64,000 bases of DNA from Angelvirus px29 (IMGVR_UViG_2700988902_000001:75520-139519), one strand, 5' to 3'; numbered from the stretch's first letter, positions 8,663 to 17,646 are shown. A program made the numbers and translations. The notes: generated by a model not told the origin, from the letters alone.

Positions 8663-9139
8663 TTATTTCTTAGAAGGTAAACCCTTTTCGTTGAAATTTT
8701 TCACTGCCAGCTTGAATTTCAAACGAACACACGGCTCACGATTCGGATTCATTTTCATGATCTTGGCGTTACCGCGATGAATCAAAGCGTAAACATCTTC
8801 GATCTGATTACGTGCGACTAGCTCCGCGAATTCCTCACTGTATCGGATCTGAGTAGTGAAGTCAATGAACTCTTCACCAGAAATCAGATCTACACATTTA
8901 GTCACGGCACCATCGTACATGTAATCCGTGTTAACAACGACGCGAACATTACCAGAACCATCAAACGAGATCATGGGAATACCAAGAGGACGTTTGTATG
9001 AAAGCATGATCAAACGATCTTTCTCTTTCTGTTCTTCGTACTCTTTGCGCTTCTGTTCGATCCCAGCCCACTTGCCTTCTTCTACGATTGCGGTATAAGT
9101 ATTCGGGAACAACAGTTTTGCCAAAGCTTTCATACTCAT
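8663..9139 (-). CDS. Hypothetical protein
   Basis: GAGG RBS; promoter TTGACA..TATAAT at 9165-9194. Confidence 0.75.
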   Translation of the reverse strand: MSMKALAKLLFPNTYTAIVEEGKWAGIEQKRKEYEEQKEKDRLIMLSYKRPLGIPMISFDGSGNVRVVVNTDYMYDGAVTKCVDLISGEEFIDFTTQIRYSEEFAELVARNQIEDVYALIHRGNAKIMKMNPNREPCVRLKFKLAVKNFNEKGLPSKK

Positions 9140-9236
9140 AATAACTTCCTCTTAGTTGATGTCCCCATTATAGAGACATCGATTTAGTTGTCAAGCGATA
9201 AAACAGGCAGCAATCAAAATTTTACAAAAAATATGT

Positions 9237-9331
9237 AGCGCCTGATCTTGGTGTAATCCGATTTTGCCATTACACTTAGCATAATCGATGATCCAGTGAC
9301 TTACAAGCTCTGCCAAACTCAGCCAGACGCT
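9237..9331 (-). ncRNA. Candidate structured RNA with a tRNA-like 5' domain
   Basis: Terminal stem AGCGTCTG/CAGGCGCT, D-arm-like GCTGAGTTTGGCAGAGC, hairpin GTGTAAT/ATTACAC. Confidence 0.45.
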
Positions 9332-9485
9332 CTTGGTTGCAATGTAAACAACGAGCGCATGAGTAAGTTAGCCAGTAAAGCCAATGCACTCCATAGAGCG
9401 GTGAGTTGATAGGATTCTTTCCTCTTGCAATGCTATCAGTTTGCAAGACGTAATCGGCCGACCGATTATCAGCAGATAGAGCATT

Positions 9486-9689
9486 TCAAACATTTGACAT
9501 CACCAAGAAAACATGATAACCGTTCTGTTTGATCTGTCTTATGTGGAAATTGTATCCACGTTTCAACAACTCAACATGATCATGCTGACTAATGAAATCA
9601 TGTCGATCTTGTGGATCTGTACTCACTTCATCATAGCCGATGTAATCAATGGTTCTGAGAATTCGAGTCAGATTTTCAGACGCCATCAT
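9486..9689 (-). CDS. Hypothetical protein
   Basis: ORF in operon. Confidence 0.55.
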   Translation of the reverse strand: MMASENLTRILRTIDYIGYDEVSTDPQDRHDFISQHDHVELLKRGYNFHIRQIKQNGYHVFLVMSNV

Positions 9690-9963
9690 GTTCGATTTTC
9701 TCTTTCAGCTCTGTTTTACAGTTTGCCAAATGATGATCGATAACACGATCATCGGTAAACAGTTTCAGATTCAAACTGGTACGATAGTGATCACCTTCGC
9801 CTTTGTGCGAGTGAAACCAGAACTCCACGTTGCCAGCATCATCAATGATAGCATCATTTGATTCCCAGTTGGAATCACCGTTCACTTTGATTTCATTCGC
9901 GTGTTCGACAATAGCTTGTTTGAAAGTCTTGATGTTATAGACCAACTCGTTTACGTTTCGCAT
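9676..9963 (-). CDS. Hypothetical protein
   Basis: ORF in operon. Confidence 0.65.
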   Translation of the reverse strand: MRNVNELVYNIKTFKQAIVEHANEIKVNGDSNWESNDAIIDDAGNVEFWFHSHKGEGDHYRTSLNLKLFTDDRVIDHHLANCKTELKEKIEHDGV

Positions 9964-9971
9964 TTTAATCC

Positions 9972-10385
9972 TTACATTGGAGTTGAAATTTGACCGAATT
10001 CGGCTTGCAGTCGCTTGTATTGTTCTAAGCGTTGTTGCTTCTGATTAGCTTCCCACGCTTCTTTCTTGACTCGATATTCTTCGTCTCGTTGTTTGATATG
10101 CTGGAATGAACGAGCAATCTCGGATTCGATATCTTCCAGAACATCATCAATTTCCCGATCATCAACATTTACGTCAATGCTACAAACGTGGAAGTCGTCG
10201 TCCCAGCCAGTCTCATACGTGACGCTAATCGTCATATCTTCGAGATCCATGTTAACATTCAAATATTTGCCTGTCAACTTACGAATGTTATCTTTATCAT
10301 GGAACTGAGAAACTTTTGCGTTCCAATCAATCCGCAGTTCCTCGACTTTCGTCACGATACGTTTGCAATCTTCACTTTTGAACAT
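9972..10385 (-). CDS. Hypothetical protein, paralog of 10387-10773
   Basis: Shared DC...W, DID.I.D and C-terminal Y..L..EFG pattern. Confidence 0.7.
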   Translation of the reverse strand: MFKSEDCKRIVTKVEELRIDWNAKVSQFHDKDNIRKLTGKYLNVNMDLEDMTISVTYETGWDDDFHVCSIDVNVDDREIDDVLEDIESEIARSFQHIKQRDEEYRVKKEAWEANQKQQRLEQYKRLQAEFGQISTPM

Positions 10386-10386
10386 G

Positions 10387-10773
10387 TTATTCTCCGAATT
10401 TCTCTTTCAGTTTAAGATAGGTTTCGCGTTCTTGTTGCTCTCTTTGAGCAATTTGATTTAGTCTATCTTGCTCTTTTTTCTTGCGTTCGTCAAGCTTTGC
10501 TTTCAATCGATCCCCGAACTTAGAATTCAGATCGTTGATAATGGTATCGATGTCTTTCGTTCCGATGTCAGTTTCAACGCAGAACACGGCGCCATCTTCC
10601 CACCACATATGATCAAATGCCACGTGGACATCCAAATAAGAGAATCGGATATCAATTGTGGTAGTTCTCACTTTGAGATAAGTTTCAACGGTAGCAATAT
10701 CTTGATTCCATTTGAATCGTGCGCTATCTGCCCACCGTTTTAATTTTTCGCAATCATTTTTGTTTATGAACAT
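10387..10773 (-). CDS. Hypothetical protein, paralog of 9972-10385
   Basis: GGAG RBS; early promoter at 10790-10820. Confidence 0.7.
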   Translation of the reverse strand: MFINKNDCEKLKRWADSARFKWNQDIATVETYLKVRTTTIDIRFSYLDVHVAFDHMWWEDGAVFCVETDIGTKDIDTIINDLNSKFGDRLKAKLDERKKKEQDRLNQIAQREQQERETYLKLKEKFGE

Positions 10774-10820
10774 ATTGTTCTCCTTTTATGTATTCTCTCA
10801 GATCACGAAAATAATGTCAA

Positions 10821-10846
10821 TAAAAAAGCCACCCGAAGGTGGCTTA
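10821..10846 (-). terminator. Rho-independent terminator
   Basis: Identical to the terminator at 7885. Confidence 0.85.
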
Positions 10847-10849
10847 ATT

Positions 10850-12292
10850 TTAGAAATCAATACCGACGTATCGGTCGCTCATGATCTTGTCAAGCATGAT
10901 TTGCATCGGGTTAAACTCTTTTGCACTCAGGATTGTCTCCATGATTGCAGGACTAAAACCAGATACCAACGCAGTGCCTTGATCGTCTTTGGTCACCGGA
11001 TTGTTAGTCGGGCGCGGGCAAAGATTCCAGAACACAAGTTTCGGCATTTCGTAACCAGCATCGCGGTAAGTCTGACGAATCACCTCAAAGTTGGTACGTT
11101 CGCGGTCACGCATACGATAGTATCCGCTATAACCGCCGTCTGCAACGTTGAATTCCATGTCAGACAATACAACCATCATAGACGGCATATCAGACTGCGG
11201 AACTCGATGTTTCACGGCACGATCAAGAATGATCTTGAATGCACCAGCGAAGTTGGTAGAACCACCCCACGGAGCGCGTCCCAGATGATTCACCATGCTT
11301 TGCAGATCGTCGCCTTTCGCTTTGATGTTGTAGAACTGAGGATTATCATCGAAGGTAATCACTTCGTTCTTGAACACACCACCAGAGCGTTCACCGATAT
11401 ACAGACCCAGAGAGATCGCGATATCCATAGCAGACAGACCAGCGACGGCAGTCGGGGTGCTCATAGAGCCAGAAACGTCAACCATTGCGATTACGTTTTC
11501 AGTAGAGCCAGCCATCCAGTCGCGTTGTGCTTTCCATTGTGCATCAGCAGCAACAGAAGAACCGGTACGCAATGATTTGATCATGTCATACGGGTACACA
11601 GCACCAGCGTTGATCTTAGCTTCGCCCTTTTTCAGAGACTCAAGATAAGCAACATAACGCTCATTCGCATTTTTCAGGAATGCTTTCTGATATCGGGCAG
11701 ATGCAACAGACGGCAGTTTACCGAAATCAATTCCATCCCACTGACGAGCACACATTTTTTGTTCAACGGTGTTCGACATACGGACGATTGTCTGACGATA
11801 CTCTTTAGCAGTCATACGCATAGCTTTGGCCAGAATACCAGCTTCTTTGCCTTTGCGAGGAGCCCACTTAGCAGCAAGACCGTTCTGTTTGATCAGAATC
11901 GCGTCCACCATGATAGCGACCGCAGCATCTTCGATTGGAGTACCAATCATTGAAACAACGTCCTTATAACGACCGATTTCCGGTGTGTTCATCAGAACGA
12001 CGGTAGCGTCAACTTGATGGCGATGTGCCAGCAGTTTCAGCAGACGAATGAACTGTTCACGCTCACCAGCACCACCGCGAATATCGCGAGCCCATTGCAG
12101 AATACGAACTGCCCAATCCGGAGATTCGGTGTAAGCTTCCACAAACATGGAACTCAGATCTTTACCGCGAGCGGAACCGATTTGAGAAAACAGATTCAGA
12201 CACTTATCACCAGTGGTATAGTTAGTAACTGCACCGTTCGCGGTACGTGCCAGTGCTTGCGCTTGAGTCATTGCATTCATAAAATTAGACAA
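10850..12292 (-). CDS. DUF2828-type protein with a C-terminal vWA domain (TROVE/Ro60-like architecture)
   Basis: N-terminal T.NGA, ARDIRGGAGER and KW.PR motifs; vWA MIDAS DVSGSM, GGSTNF, LSDMEF, LVFWNL, VSGFSP. Confidence 0.8.
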   Translation of the reverse strand: MSNFMNAMTQAQALARTANGAVTNYTTGDKCLNLFSQIGSARGKDLSSMFVEAYTESPDWAVRILQWARDIRGGAGEREQFIRLLKLLAHRHQVDATVVLMNTPEIGRYKDVVSMIGTPIEDAAVAIMVDAILIKQNGLAAKWAPRKGKEAGILAKAMRMTAKEYRQTIVRMSNTVEQKMCARQWDGIDFGKLPSVASARYQKAFLKNANERYVAYLESLKKGEAKINAGAVYPYDMIKSLRTGSSVAADAQWKAQRDWMAGSTENVIAMVDVSGSMSTPTAVAGLSAMDIAISLGLYIGERSGGVFKNEVITFDDNPQFYNIKAKGDDLQSMVNHLGRAPWGGSTNFAGAFKIILDRAVKHRVPQSDMPSMMVVLSDMEFNVADGGYSGYYRMRDRERTNFEVIRQTYRDAGYEMPKLVFWNLCPRPTNNPVTKDDQGTALVSGFSPAIMETILSAKEFNPMQIMLDKIMSDRYVGIDF

Positions 12293-12327
12293 AGAAATTA
12301 CCTCTTTCAGGTTTGTTTAAAATAGTC

Positions 12328-12906
12328 TCATTCGTGAGACAGTTTTTCTTTCCAACACTTGCGACAGAACGAAATATATCGTTGTTCAGCCCCAATGCAA
12401 ATTTGTTCACCACGTTTAATAACTCGACCATCGTCGTCAATGCGAGCTACCATACATGACTTTCTTCCACAGTCACAGATCCCGGATAACTGTCTGATTT
12501 CATCAGCGATTGCTAAAAGAGTTCTTGAACCCTCAAACAAATTACCAAGAAAGTCAGTTCTTAGTCCGTAACACATAACAGGGACATCGAGCTTATCGAC
12601 TACATCAGACAGTTGCCAGATCTGAGTTTCAGTTAGAAACTGTGCTTCGTCAATAAGTACACAATCAATTTTCTGTAGTTTACTCTCTTTCTCAATCAAA
12701 GTAAACATATTTTCGTTGTGATGCACACAACGACATTCGCGATTGATCCCGATTCGAGAACCGATTGTTCCCTCAGTTCTGGTATCAAAAGCAGGTTTAA
12801 ACAACAGTACGTTTTGACCGCGCTCGTTGTAGTTGTATGCAACTTGTAACAGTTGTGTACTCTTACCAACATTCATCGCGGCATGTGTAAAAAACAGCTT
12901 TGCCAT
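12328..12906 (-). CDS. tk: Thymidine kinase
   Basis: AMNVGKST, IDEAQF, YGLRTDF, C.CG and CRKC zinc motifs. Confidence 0.95.
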   Translation of the reverse strand: MAKLFFTHAAMNVGKSTQLLQVAYNYNERGQNVLLFKPAFDTRTEGTIGSRIGINRECRCVHHNENMFTLIEKESKLQKIDCVLIDEAQFLTETQIWQLSDVVDKLDVPVMCYGLRTDFLGNLFEGSRTLLAIADEIRQLSGICDCGRKSCMVARIDDDGRVIKRGEQICIGAEQRYISFCRKCWKEKLSHE

Positions 12907-12956
12907 TAGTTCCTCGTTTTCTGTTACTATAGCTCGCCTTCCGTGGCAAGTAAACA

Positions 12957-13283
12957 TCAGTAACAATATTTCGCTAAAAAGTTAGCTTGGTATTTGTCGT
13001 CCTTGATGTAGTATTTGATTCCATTCGAATAAACGGCTTTCAGCAACACAACGGTTTCTTGTTTGAACTCAGGCACAATCGTACAGCTACCGGTTTCTAT
13101 AGTATACACTTGAATGCCGTTGTAATCAAACTCAACGCGAGCTTCTTGATAGAACTTGCCTCTCCACTCTTGTGGCTTATATCGCGCTGCTTGTGCCGTC
13201 ACTTCTCGAACCACGATTGGCTTTTCTGGTTCGCCGCACCCAGATAACAGCGCGACGAACACAAGAAACAGAACACGGATCAT
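12957..13283 (-). CDS. Putative lipoprotein
   Basis: Signal peptide with lipobox LSGC. Confidence 0.65.
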   Translation of the reverse strand: MIRVLFLVFVALLSGCGEPEKPIVVREVTAQAARYKPQEWRGKFYQEARVEFDYNGIQVYTIETGSCTIVPEFKQETVVLLKAVYSNGIKYYIKDDKYQANFLAKYCY

Positions 13284-13292
13284 AGAATTCCC

Positions 13293-13718
13293 TTACAGAA
13301 CAGGCACCACGGTGATAGCGGAACTAGCGTTGTCGCCATCCATTTTCTTGGTGTAACTTACGTAAACCATGTTCATATGCTCTTTGTCATAAACACGGTC
13401 GATTACCATGTTTTTGAAGAACCAGCTTTTCTTCTGTGAGAAGATGTTTTTGCGAGAAGTCAGTTCAACGCCAGATTCGAACGGTGCGGTCACACACTGC
13501 ATGGCAACATCAGTCTGGTCTTCGATGCTCATAGAGCGAGACGGCAGGTTGACGTAACAAGTAATGTTCGGATAGTCCGGGTCGCTGAATACTTCTACAC
13601 TCAGAGTATCTTTGAAGATCAGACCGGAGGTTTCTACTTCATACAGAGTATCAGCTTTAACGGCACCAACAGCCAGCATGGCACACACGAACATCACGTT
13701 TTGAATAATCTTTTTCAT
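13293..13718 (-). CDS. CreA-family exported protein
   Basis: Signal peptide; DP..NITCYV, EDQTD.AMQC, FK..I.RVYD, VYVSY pattern of CreA. Confidence 0.7.
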   Translation of the reverse strand: MKKIIQNVMFVCAMLAVGAVKADTLYEVETSGLIFKDTLSVEVFSDPDYPNITCYVNLPSRSMSIEDQTDVAMQCVTAPFESGVELTSRKNIFSQKKSWFFKNMVIDRVYDKEHMNMVYVSYTKKMDGDNASSAITVVPVL

Positions 13719-13921
13719 TTCATTTCCTTAGCAATAAGTTTGCAGCCAGAAACCAGATAGGTTTCATTTTTGTATTTGAATGAGATATAGTTTTGCGTAA
13801 AGGACAAATCATCCACAATTATGTCTTTTACAACTTCACCGACTTTATCGACTGCTGGCAGACGATAGAACATAGACTCGGTATTGAAATACTCTTTATA
13901 CAGCGAAATTACATGCTTCAT
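13715..13921 (-). CDS. Hypothetical protein
   Basis: ORF in operon. Confidence 0.55.
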   Translation of the reverse strand: MKHVISLYKEYFNTESMFYRLPAVDKVGEVVKDIIVDDLSFTQNYISFKYKNETYLVSGCKLIAKEMK

Positions 13922-14162
13922 TATTGATTCCTCATTACAGAACACACAGCGTTGGTAACATAATACAATTTATTGTTGTATCTGAATACTCATCCAATAT
14001 CAATTCGATCCATAATATCGGATTGAAGATTGTTGATCAACGTGCCATCCGGTGTTTTCACATACACACCGGTTTGGAACCAGCAAGTAATAACACCTTC
14101 ATATGATGCGAACACAGAGCTATTAAACAACATCAGAGCGACAAACGCAAGAACTTTTTTCA

Positions 14163-14441
14163 TCATTCGCCCTGTACGTCCATAAACAGATTATCAGCGC
14201 CGTAGAACTTGATAAAGCGTTGGCCAACGATTGTATACATTGTGCCATACTCGGACATGATGCTACCACAGTCGTGATACATGTCTTTCACGAAAACGAA
14301 TGGACGAACGCCAAAGACGTTTTCAAACAGTTGTTCGGCATCATCGTTGCGATTGTAGATCTTACCAAGACAATCAACGATGCGAATCCCGATCAGATTC
14401 ATTGTCAACAGTTCTTCCATATTCTTTACAAAAACTTTCAT
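14163..14441 (-). CDS. Hypothetical protein
   Basis: GAGG RBS. Confidence 0.6.
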   Translation of the reverse strand: MKVFVKNMEELLTMNLIGIRIVDCLGKIYNRNDDAEQLFENVFGVRPFVFVKDMYHDCGSIMSEYGTMYTIVGQRFIKFYGADNLFMDVQGE

Positions 14442-14668
14442 TTCGATTCCTCGTTTTCAGTTCGAATAATACTATCATAGCCATAATCGTGGCTGAATGC
14501 AATCACTTTTTGTTTGCGGTGAATGTGGTAGTAAAGTTCTAGACCACGATCCCGCTTATACAGTTCACATTCATTCGCGAATGATACCGTGATTGTGTCA
14601 AACTGAGCTAGTTCCTCAAGAGTAAAATCCCAGAACTCTTTTGCCGAGTTAAACGTCATGTTGCGCAT
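14438..14668 (-). CDS. Hypothetical protein
   Basis: GAGG RBS. Confidence 0.6.
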   Translation of the reverse strand: MRNMTFNSAKEFWDFTLEELAQFDTITVSFANECELYKRDRGLELYYHIHRKQKVIAFSHDYGYDSIIRTENEESK

Positions 14669-14670
14669 AA

Positions 14671-15159
14671 TTAACCTCGTTTGTTGATATCTACGTTAAA
14701 GAAACCATTCAGAACGAAATAGTGGTCTTTCTTGACTACCAGTGTTGAATCTTCGTAACCAAAGATCATGCACTCACCGAACATTGGTTTCCACTCCTGT
14801 TCAAGTTGACGACTGCGCTCGTATACACAATCGGACGTTTCGATCTCGGTAACGCTATCATCAATTTCAGCATACACAAGATCGTCTAGTGTGTCAACAC
14901 AAGTTTTATCAAAAAACACATCGATATCGGACGCTTTATCAACGGTAGTGTAACCACGTTCGGTAATGATATACAGTTCTGGAGATTTACCTTTGTTGAT
15001 ATACACGCCAGATTTATAGCCGAAACGATCTAAGATATACTGTGAGATCTTGCGGCTGTATGTGCATTTCAAAAGTGTATCACGAAGATCATCAATAATT
15101 GCAACATGGTAACCTTCATTGAGTTCAAACGGAAACAGAAAATCGTGAATTGTAGCCAT
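14671..15159 (-). CDS. Hypothetical protein
   Basis: GAGG RBS; early promoter at 15185-15225. Confidence 0.7.
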   Translation of the reverse strand: MATIHDFLFPFELNEGYHVAIIDDLRDTLLKCTYSRKISQYILDRFGYKSGVYINKGKSPELYIITERGYTTVDKASDIDVFFDKTCVDTLDDLVYAEIDDSVTEIETSDCVYERSRQLEQEWKPMFGECMIFGYEDSTLVVKKDHYFVLNGFFNVDINKRG

Positions 15160-15239
15160 AATGTATTCCTCAAGTGATTCGTTGTTTCGATAGAGCTATC
15201 TTATCAGAACAGCGGGACAATGCAAGGAATTTTTCCAAT

Positions 15240-15261
15240 AAAAAACCCGCCGAAGCGGGTT
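15240..15261 (-). terminator. Rho-independent terminator
   Basis: ACCCGC-TTCG-GCGGGT followed by a T run. Confidence 0.8.
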
Positions 15262-15265
15262 CTGT

Positions 15266-15646
15266 TTACCATTGTACGATCCAGCGGAAGGTACACGTTC
15301 TTTGTTTTCTGTCGTCAATGATGTCAGCACAATCGGAATTTTCCAAAGTGATAGCTTTAAGTTGATCTCTCACTTTAGCGCGACTCAGATTGGCATACTC
15401 TCGGCAGCTCTTGTTTGAGTAATTGCCGGTTTTGCAAACTTCGCAGTCGTATCCACGGACGATCTGATTTTTCTCACGATCATATTCTTCATAAACGTTC
15501 ATATTGATACGTTCTTGCTGAATGTGATAACGCCAGAAATCGTACTTACCAATTCGGTAATATGCGTTACAGTTCGCTTTCCAGAAGTTGTGGCCGATCA
15601 GATACTTGACTTCATTCTTGTTCTTAACTCGGGTAGTTCTTGCCAT
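15266..15646 (-). CDS. Hypothetical protein
   Basis: GGAG RBS. Confidence 0.7.
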   Translation of the reverse strand: MARTTRVKNKNEVKYLIGHNFWKANCNAYYRIGKYDFWRYHIQQERINMNVYEEYDREKNQIVRGYDCEVCKTGNYSNKSCREYANLSRAKVRDQLKAITLENSDCADIIDDRKQRTCTFRWIVQW

Positions 15647-15729
15647 TTTGGATCTCCATTGTTAGTTAAAACAATGAAAAAACTGTCCCTTGTGTGAAAA
15701 CTTATGTCTAATCATATATTCCTTATAGA

Positions 15730-15809
15730 GGCGTCAGAAGGCGGGACTCGAACCCGCACCCCACTGGGTTTCTGCCCAGTAGCTCTTCCAATTGAGACTT
15801 ACAACTAAC
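15730..15809 (-). pseudogene. Degenerate tRNA (pseudo-tRNA)
   Basis: Intact T-arm GCGGG-TTCGAGT-CCCGC, 6-nt anticodon loop CAGAAA, mismatched acceptor stem. Confidence 0.55.
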
Positions 15810-15821
15810 ACCTATTATTTA

Positions 15822-16091
15822 TTAGATCTCTTCGGCAGCGTCTGCCACCATTTCTGCTAACTTCTCTTCGTTGTCACTAACAATCAAACAACGAGCTTCG
15901 TTGATCTCACGGCGATATGGATCCAAATCACCATAGCAGTATTCAGCACCACTTTTCATGATGTCGCGAATTTCATCCGCACAATCTTCCAGATAATCTT
16001 CGTCCACGATATCTTTTCTGGCGAGAAATGCCACGATTTGCCAGCGTTGATGAACAACTTTCTTTTTGTAGCCTTCAATCATCAGAATCAT
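15822..16091 (-). CDS. Hypothetical protein
   Basis: Likely start MILMIEG at 16091. Confidence 0.6.
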   Translation of the reverse strand: MILMIEGYKKKVVHQRWQIVAFLARKDIVDEDYLEDCADEIRDIMKSGAEYCYGDLDPYRREINEARCLIVSDNEEKLAEMVADAAEEI

Positions 16092-16386
16092 GTTCGTATT
16101 TCCAGTTTGCTTTGTGCAAAGCCTTGTGCATTTTAAAGTTGAAATCGTCTTTCTGTCTAGCCAGTTCTCGATTGAATGCGAACTCACTAGCACAGGCAAT
16201 CAACATCTTTTTGTCTTCTACCGCGTTAAACGGAGATTGTGCAACAAAGACAACTTTGTTTTGTTGATGCATTTCGTTGATATAACGACAAACCCGCTCG
16301 CCGTTGTCAAACAGTCGAGATAGATAGAGTCGTTGAAACTGAGATAATCGGACTTTCTTGTCCTTGTCAACGTCGATATAATGCAT
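16075..16386 (-). CDS. Hypothetical protein
   Basis: GAGG RBS. Confidence 0.6.
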   Translation of the reverse strand: MHYIDVDKDKKVRLSQFQRLYLSRLFDNGERVCRYINEMHQQNKVVFVAQSPFNAVEDKKMLIACASEFAFNRELARQKDDFNFKMHKALHKANWKYEHDSDD

Positions 16387-16406
16387 AGCATCACCTCAAA
16401 TGAATT

Positions 16407-17173
16407 TAGTGGCCCCGGTGGGAATCGAACCCACAACGAGCGGTTATTCTTTTAAGAACTCGATTATGGATTTTCCATTCTCCAATTCTTTAATTTGTGA
16501 ACTTTTAAGGACGATAAGGTTTTTAACGGACTTCCACTTACAACGATCTCGTTCACGCTCATAACCTTTAACCTCTATGTAAAGATCCATAGACGGTAGA
16601 TAAAAGTCCGGAAAATATAGATGTTCTCCGTTTTCCCAGCTATAAACGAAAGGAGTAATCTCGTTAGTGTATTCTATGTTAGCAGAACTTAGGCATTTTG
16701 CAACCAATAGTTCCCATTTCCCTTTAAATGTTTGTCCTTCAAACGCATACATCTTAACGCGACCAGATACGTTGTTTTGCTGTAAGAATCTGGGTTGTTT
16801 TTAACAACTTCCTTCATGACTTTCGAAAATTTAATTCTTTGTTCGTCCGTCCAAATGGTCTCATTCATACTCTTTGCGGCATCGGATAACTTTTTCTAGT
16901 CTCTTCCGAAATGACAGGTTTATCCAAACCAAGTCTGGTCGCTTTTGTGTATTGGTTTGTGCCTTTACATCCGAGTTTCGATGGAACGTGAAACTTTATT
17001 TTATTTTGGATTTTTGGAACAACGAACTTCGTGTTGTCTAAGTGAATTTTGTATTCTTACAGATTTTGTCGCAGTATGCGCAGTTCATTAGATTATCTCC
17101 TAGATTGTGTTATATCACTATTTATCTAAGAGATTGTGTGAGCCGCTTGCTTGAACCCTCTAGCTACGGGGCC
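16407..17173 (-). tRNA. tRNA-Ile2(CAT) interrupted in the anticodon (5' half 17139-17173, 3' half 16407-16446)
   Basis: Joined halves give GGCCCCG..AGCGG-CTCA|TAA-CCGCT..GTGGG-TTCGATT-CCCAC-CGGGGCC-A, resembling bacterial tRNA-Ile2. Confidence 0.8.
16444..17088 (-). mobile_element. PD-(D/E)XK-type homing-endonuclease-like gene (frameshifted) inserted in tRNA-Ile2
   Basis: CxxC/HxxxC N-terminus, SEETRKKLS repeat, YFPDFYLP..D.YIEVKG core; own ATAAATA promoter and AGGAG RBS; four single-base shifts in A-runs. Confidence 0.75.
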
Positions 17174-17213
17174 TTGTTTATAGGAACCATTATTACATAG
17201 TCCCTATTTGTTG

Positions 17214-17606
17214 TCAACCTTTAAGATTCAGTTTGTATCGAATAGAACTCATGAAACTCATGATGTCTTCCAACAGATTTACCAGATCGAAATGACGTTT
17301 GGTTTCCAGATACTCATGCACCATAGTACACTCTTGTAGGAAATTGTCAATCAACATTTCAACTTCAACTTCCGCATGTGACACAGAAAATGTCTGAGCA
17401 TAACCGCGAGCAATAGAAGCCTCAGCAAACGCATCTACCAACTCAGGTAAGCTTGTGTAATATTCGTTTAGTGCCATATGTCTGCTATAGACGGTCGTCA
17501 CCAGATGATTGTGGTGAACGTAGGCCACGCTTTTCAACAGCTTGCAGATTAGATCACCAACGCTTGAGTTCGTATCGCCTTTGAAATCTTTAAATGAACT
17601 ACTCAT
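17214..17606 (-). CDS. Ferritin/Dps-like conserved phage protein
   Basis: H..HL.T..YSRHMALNEYY..L..LVD.FAE pattern. Confidence 0.6.
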   Translation of the reverse strand: MSSSFKDFKGDTNSSVGDLICKLLKSVAYVHHNHLVTTVYSRHMALNEYYTSLPELVDAFAEASIARGYAQTFSVSHAEVEVEMLIDNFLQECTMVHEYLETKRHFDLVNLLEDIMSFMSSIRYKLNLKG

Positions 17607-17620
17607 TGTATTCTCCTAAT

Positions 17621-17646
17621 GAAAAAGGGAGCCGAAGCTCCCTTTT
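17621..17646 (-). terminator. Rho-independent terminator
   Basis: GGGAGC-TTCG-GCTCCC followed by a T run. Confidence 0.8.

Noticed and set aside
9400-9480. Possible hammerhead ribozyme (CTGATA)
   Set aside because: No CTGANGA/GAAA core with three stems.
16777-16790. GATTCTTACAGCAA match to the small-RNA motif
   Set aside because: It lies in the endonuclease coding sequence (DSYSK) with no partner stem identified, so it is likely chance.
16447-17138. Group I intron interpretation of the tRNA-Ile2 insert
   Set aside because: The insert is almost entirely ORF, with no space or sequence for P4-P7 core elements.
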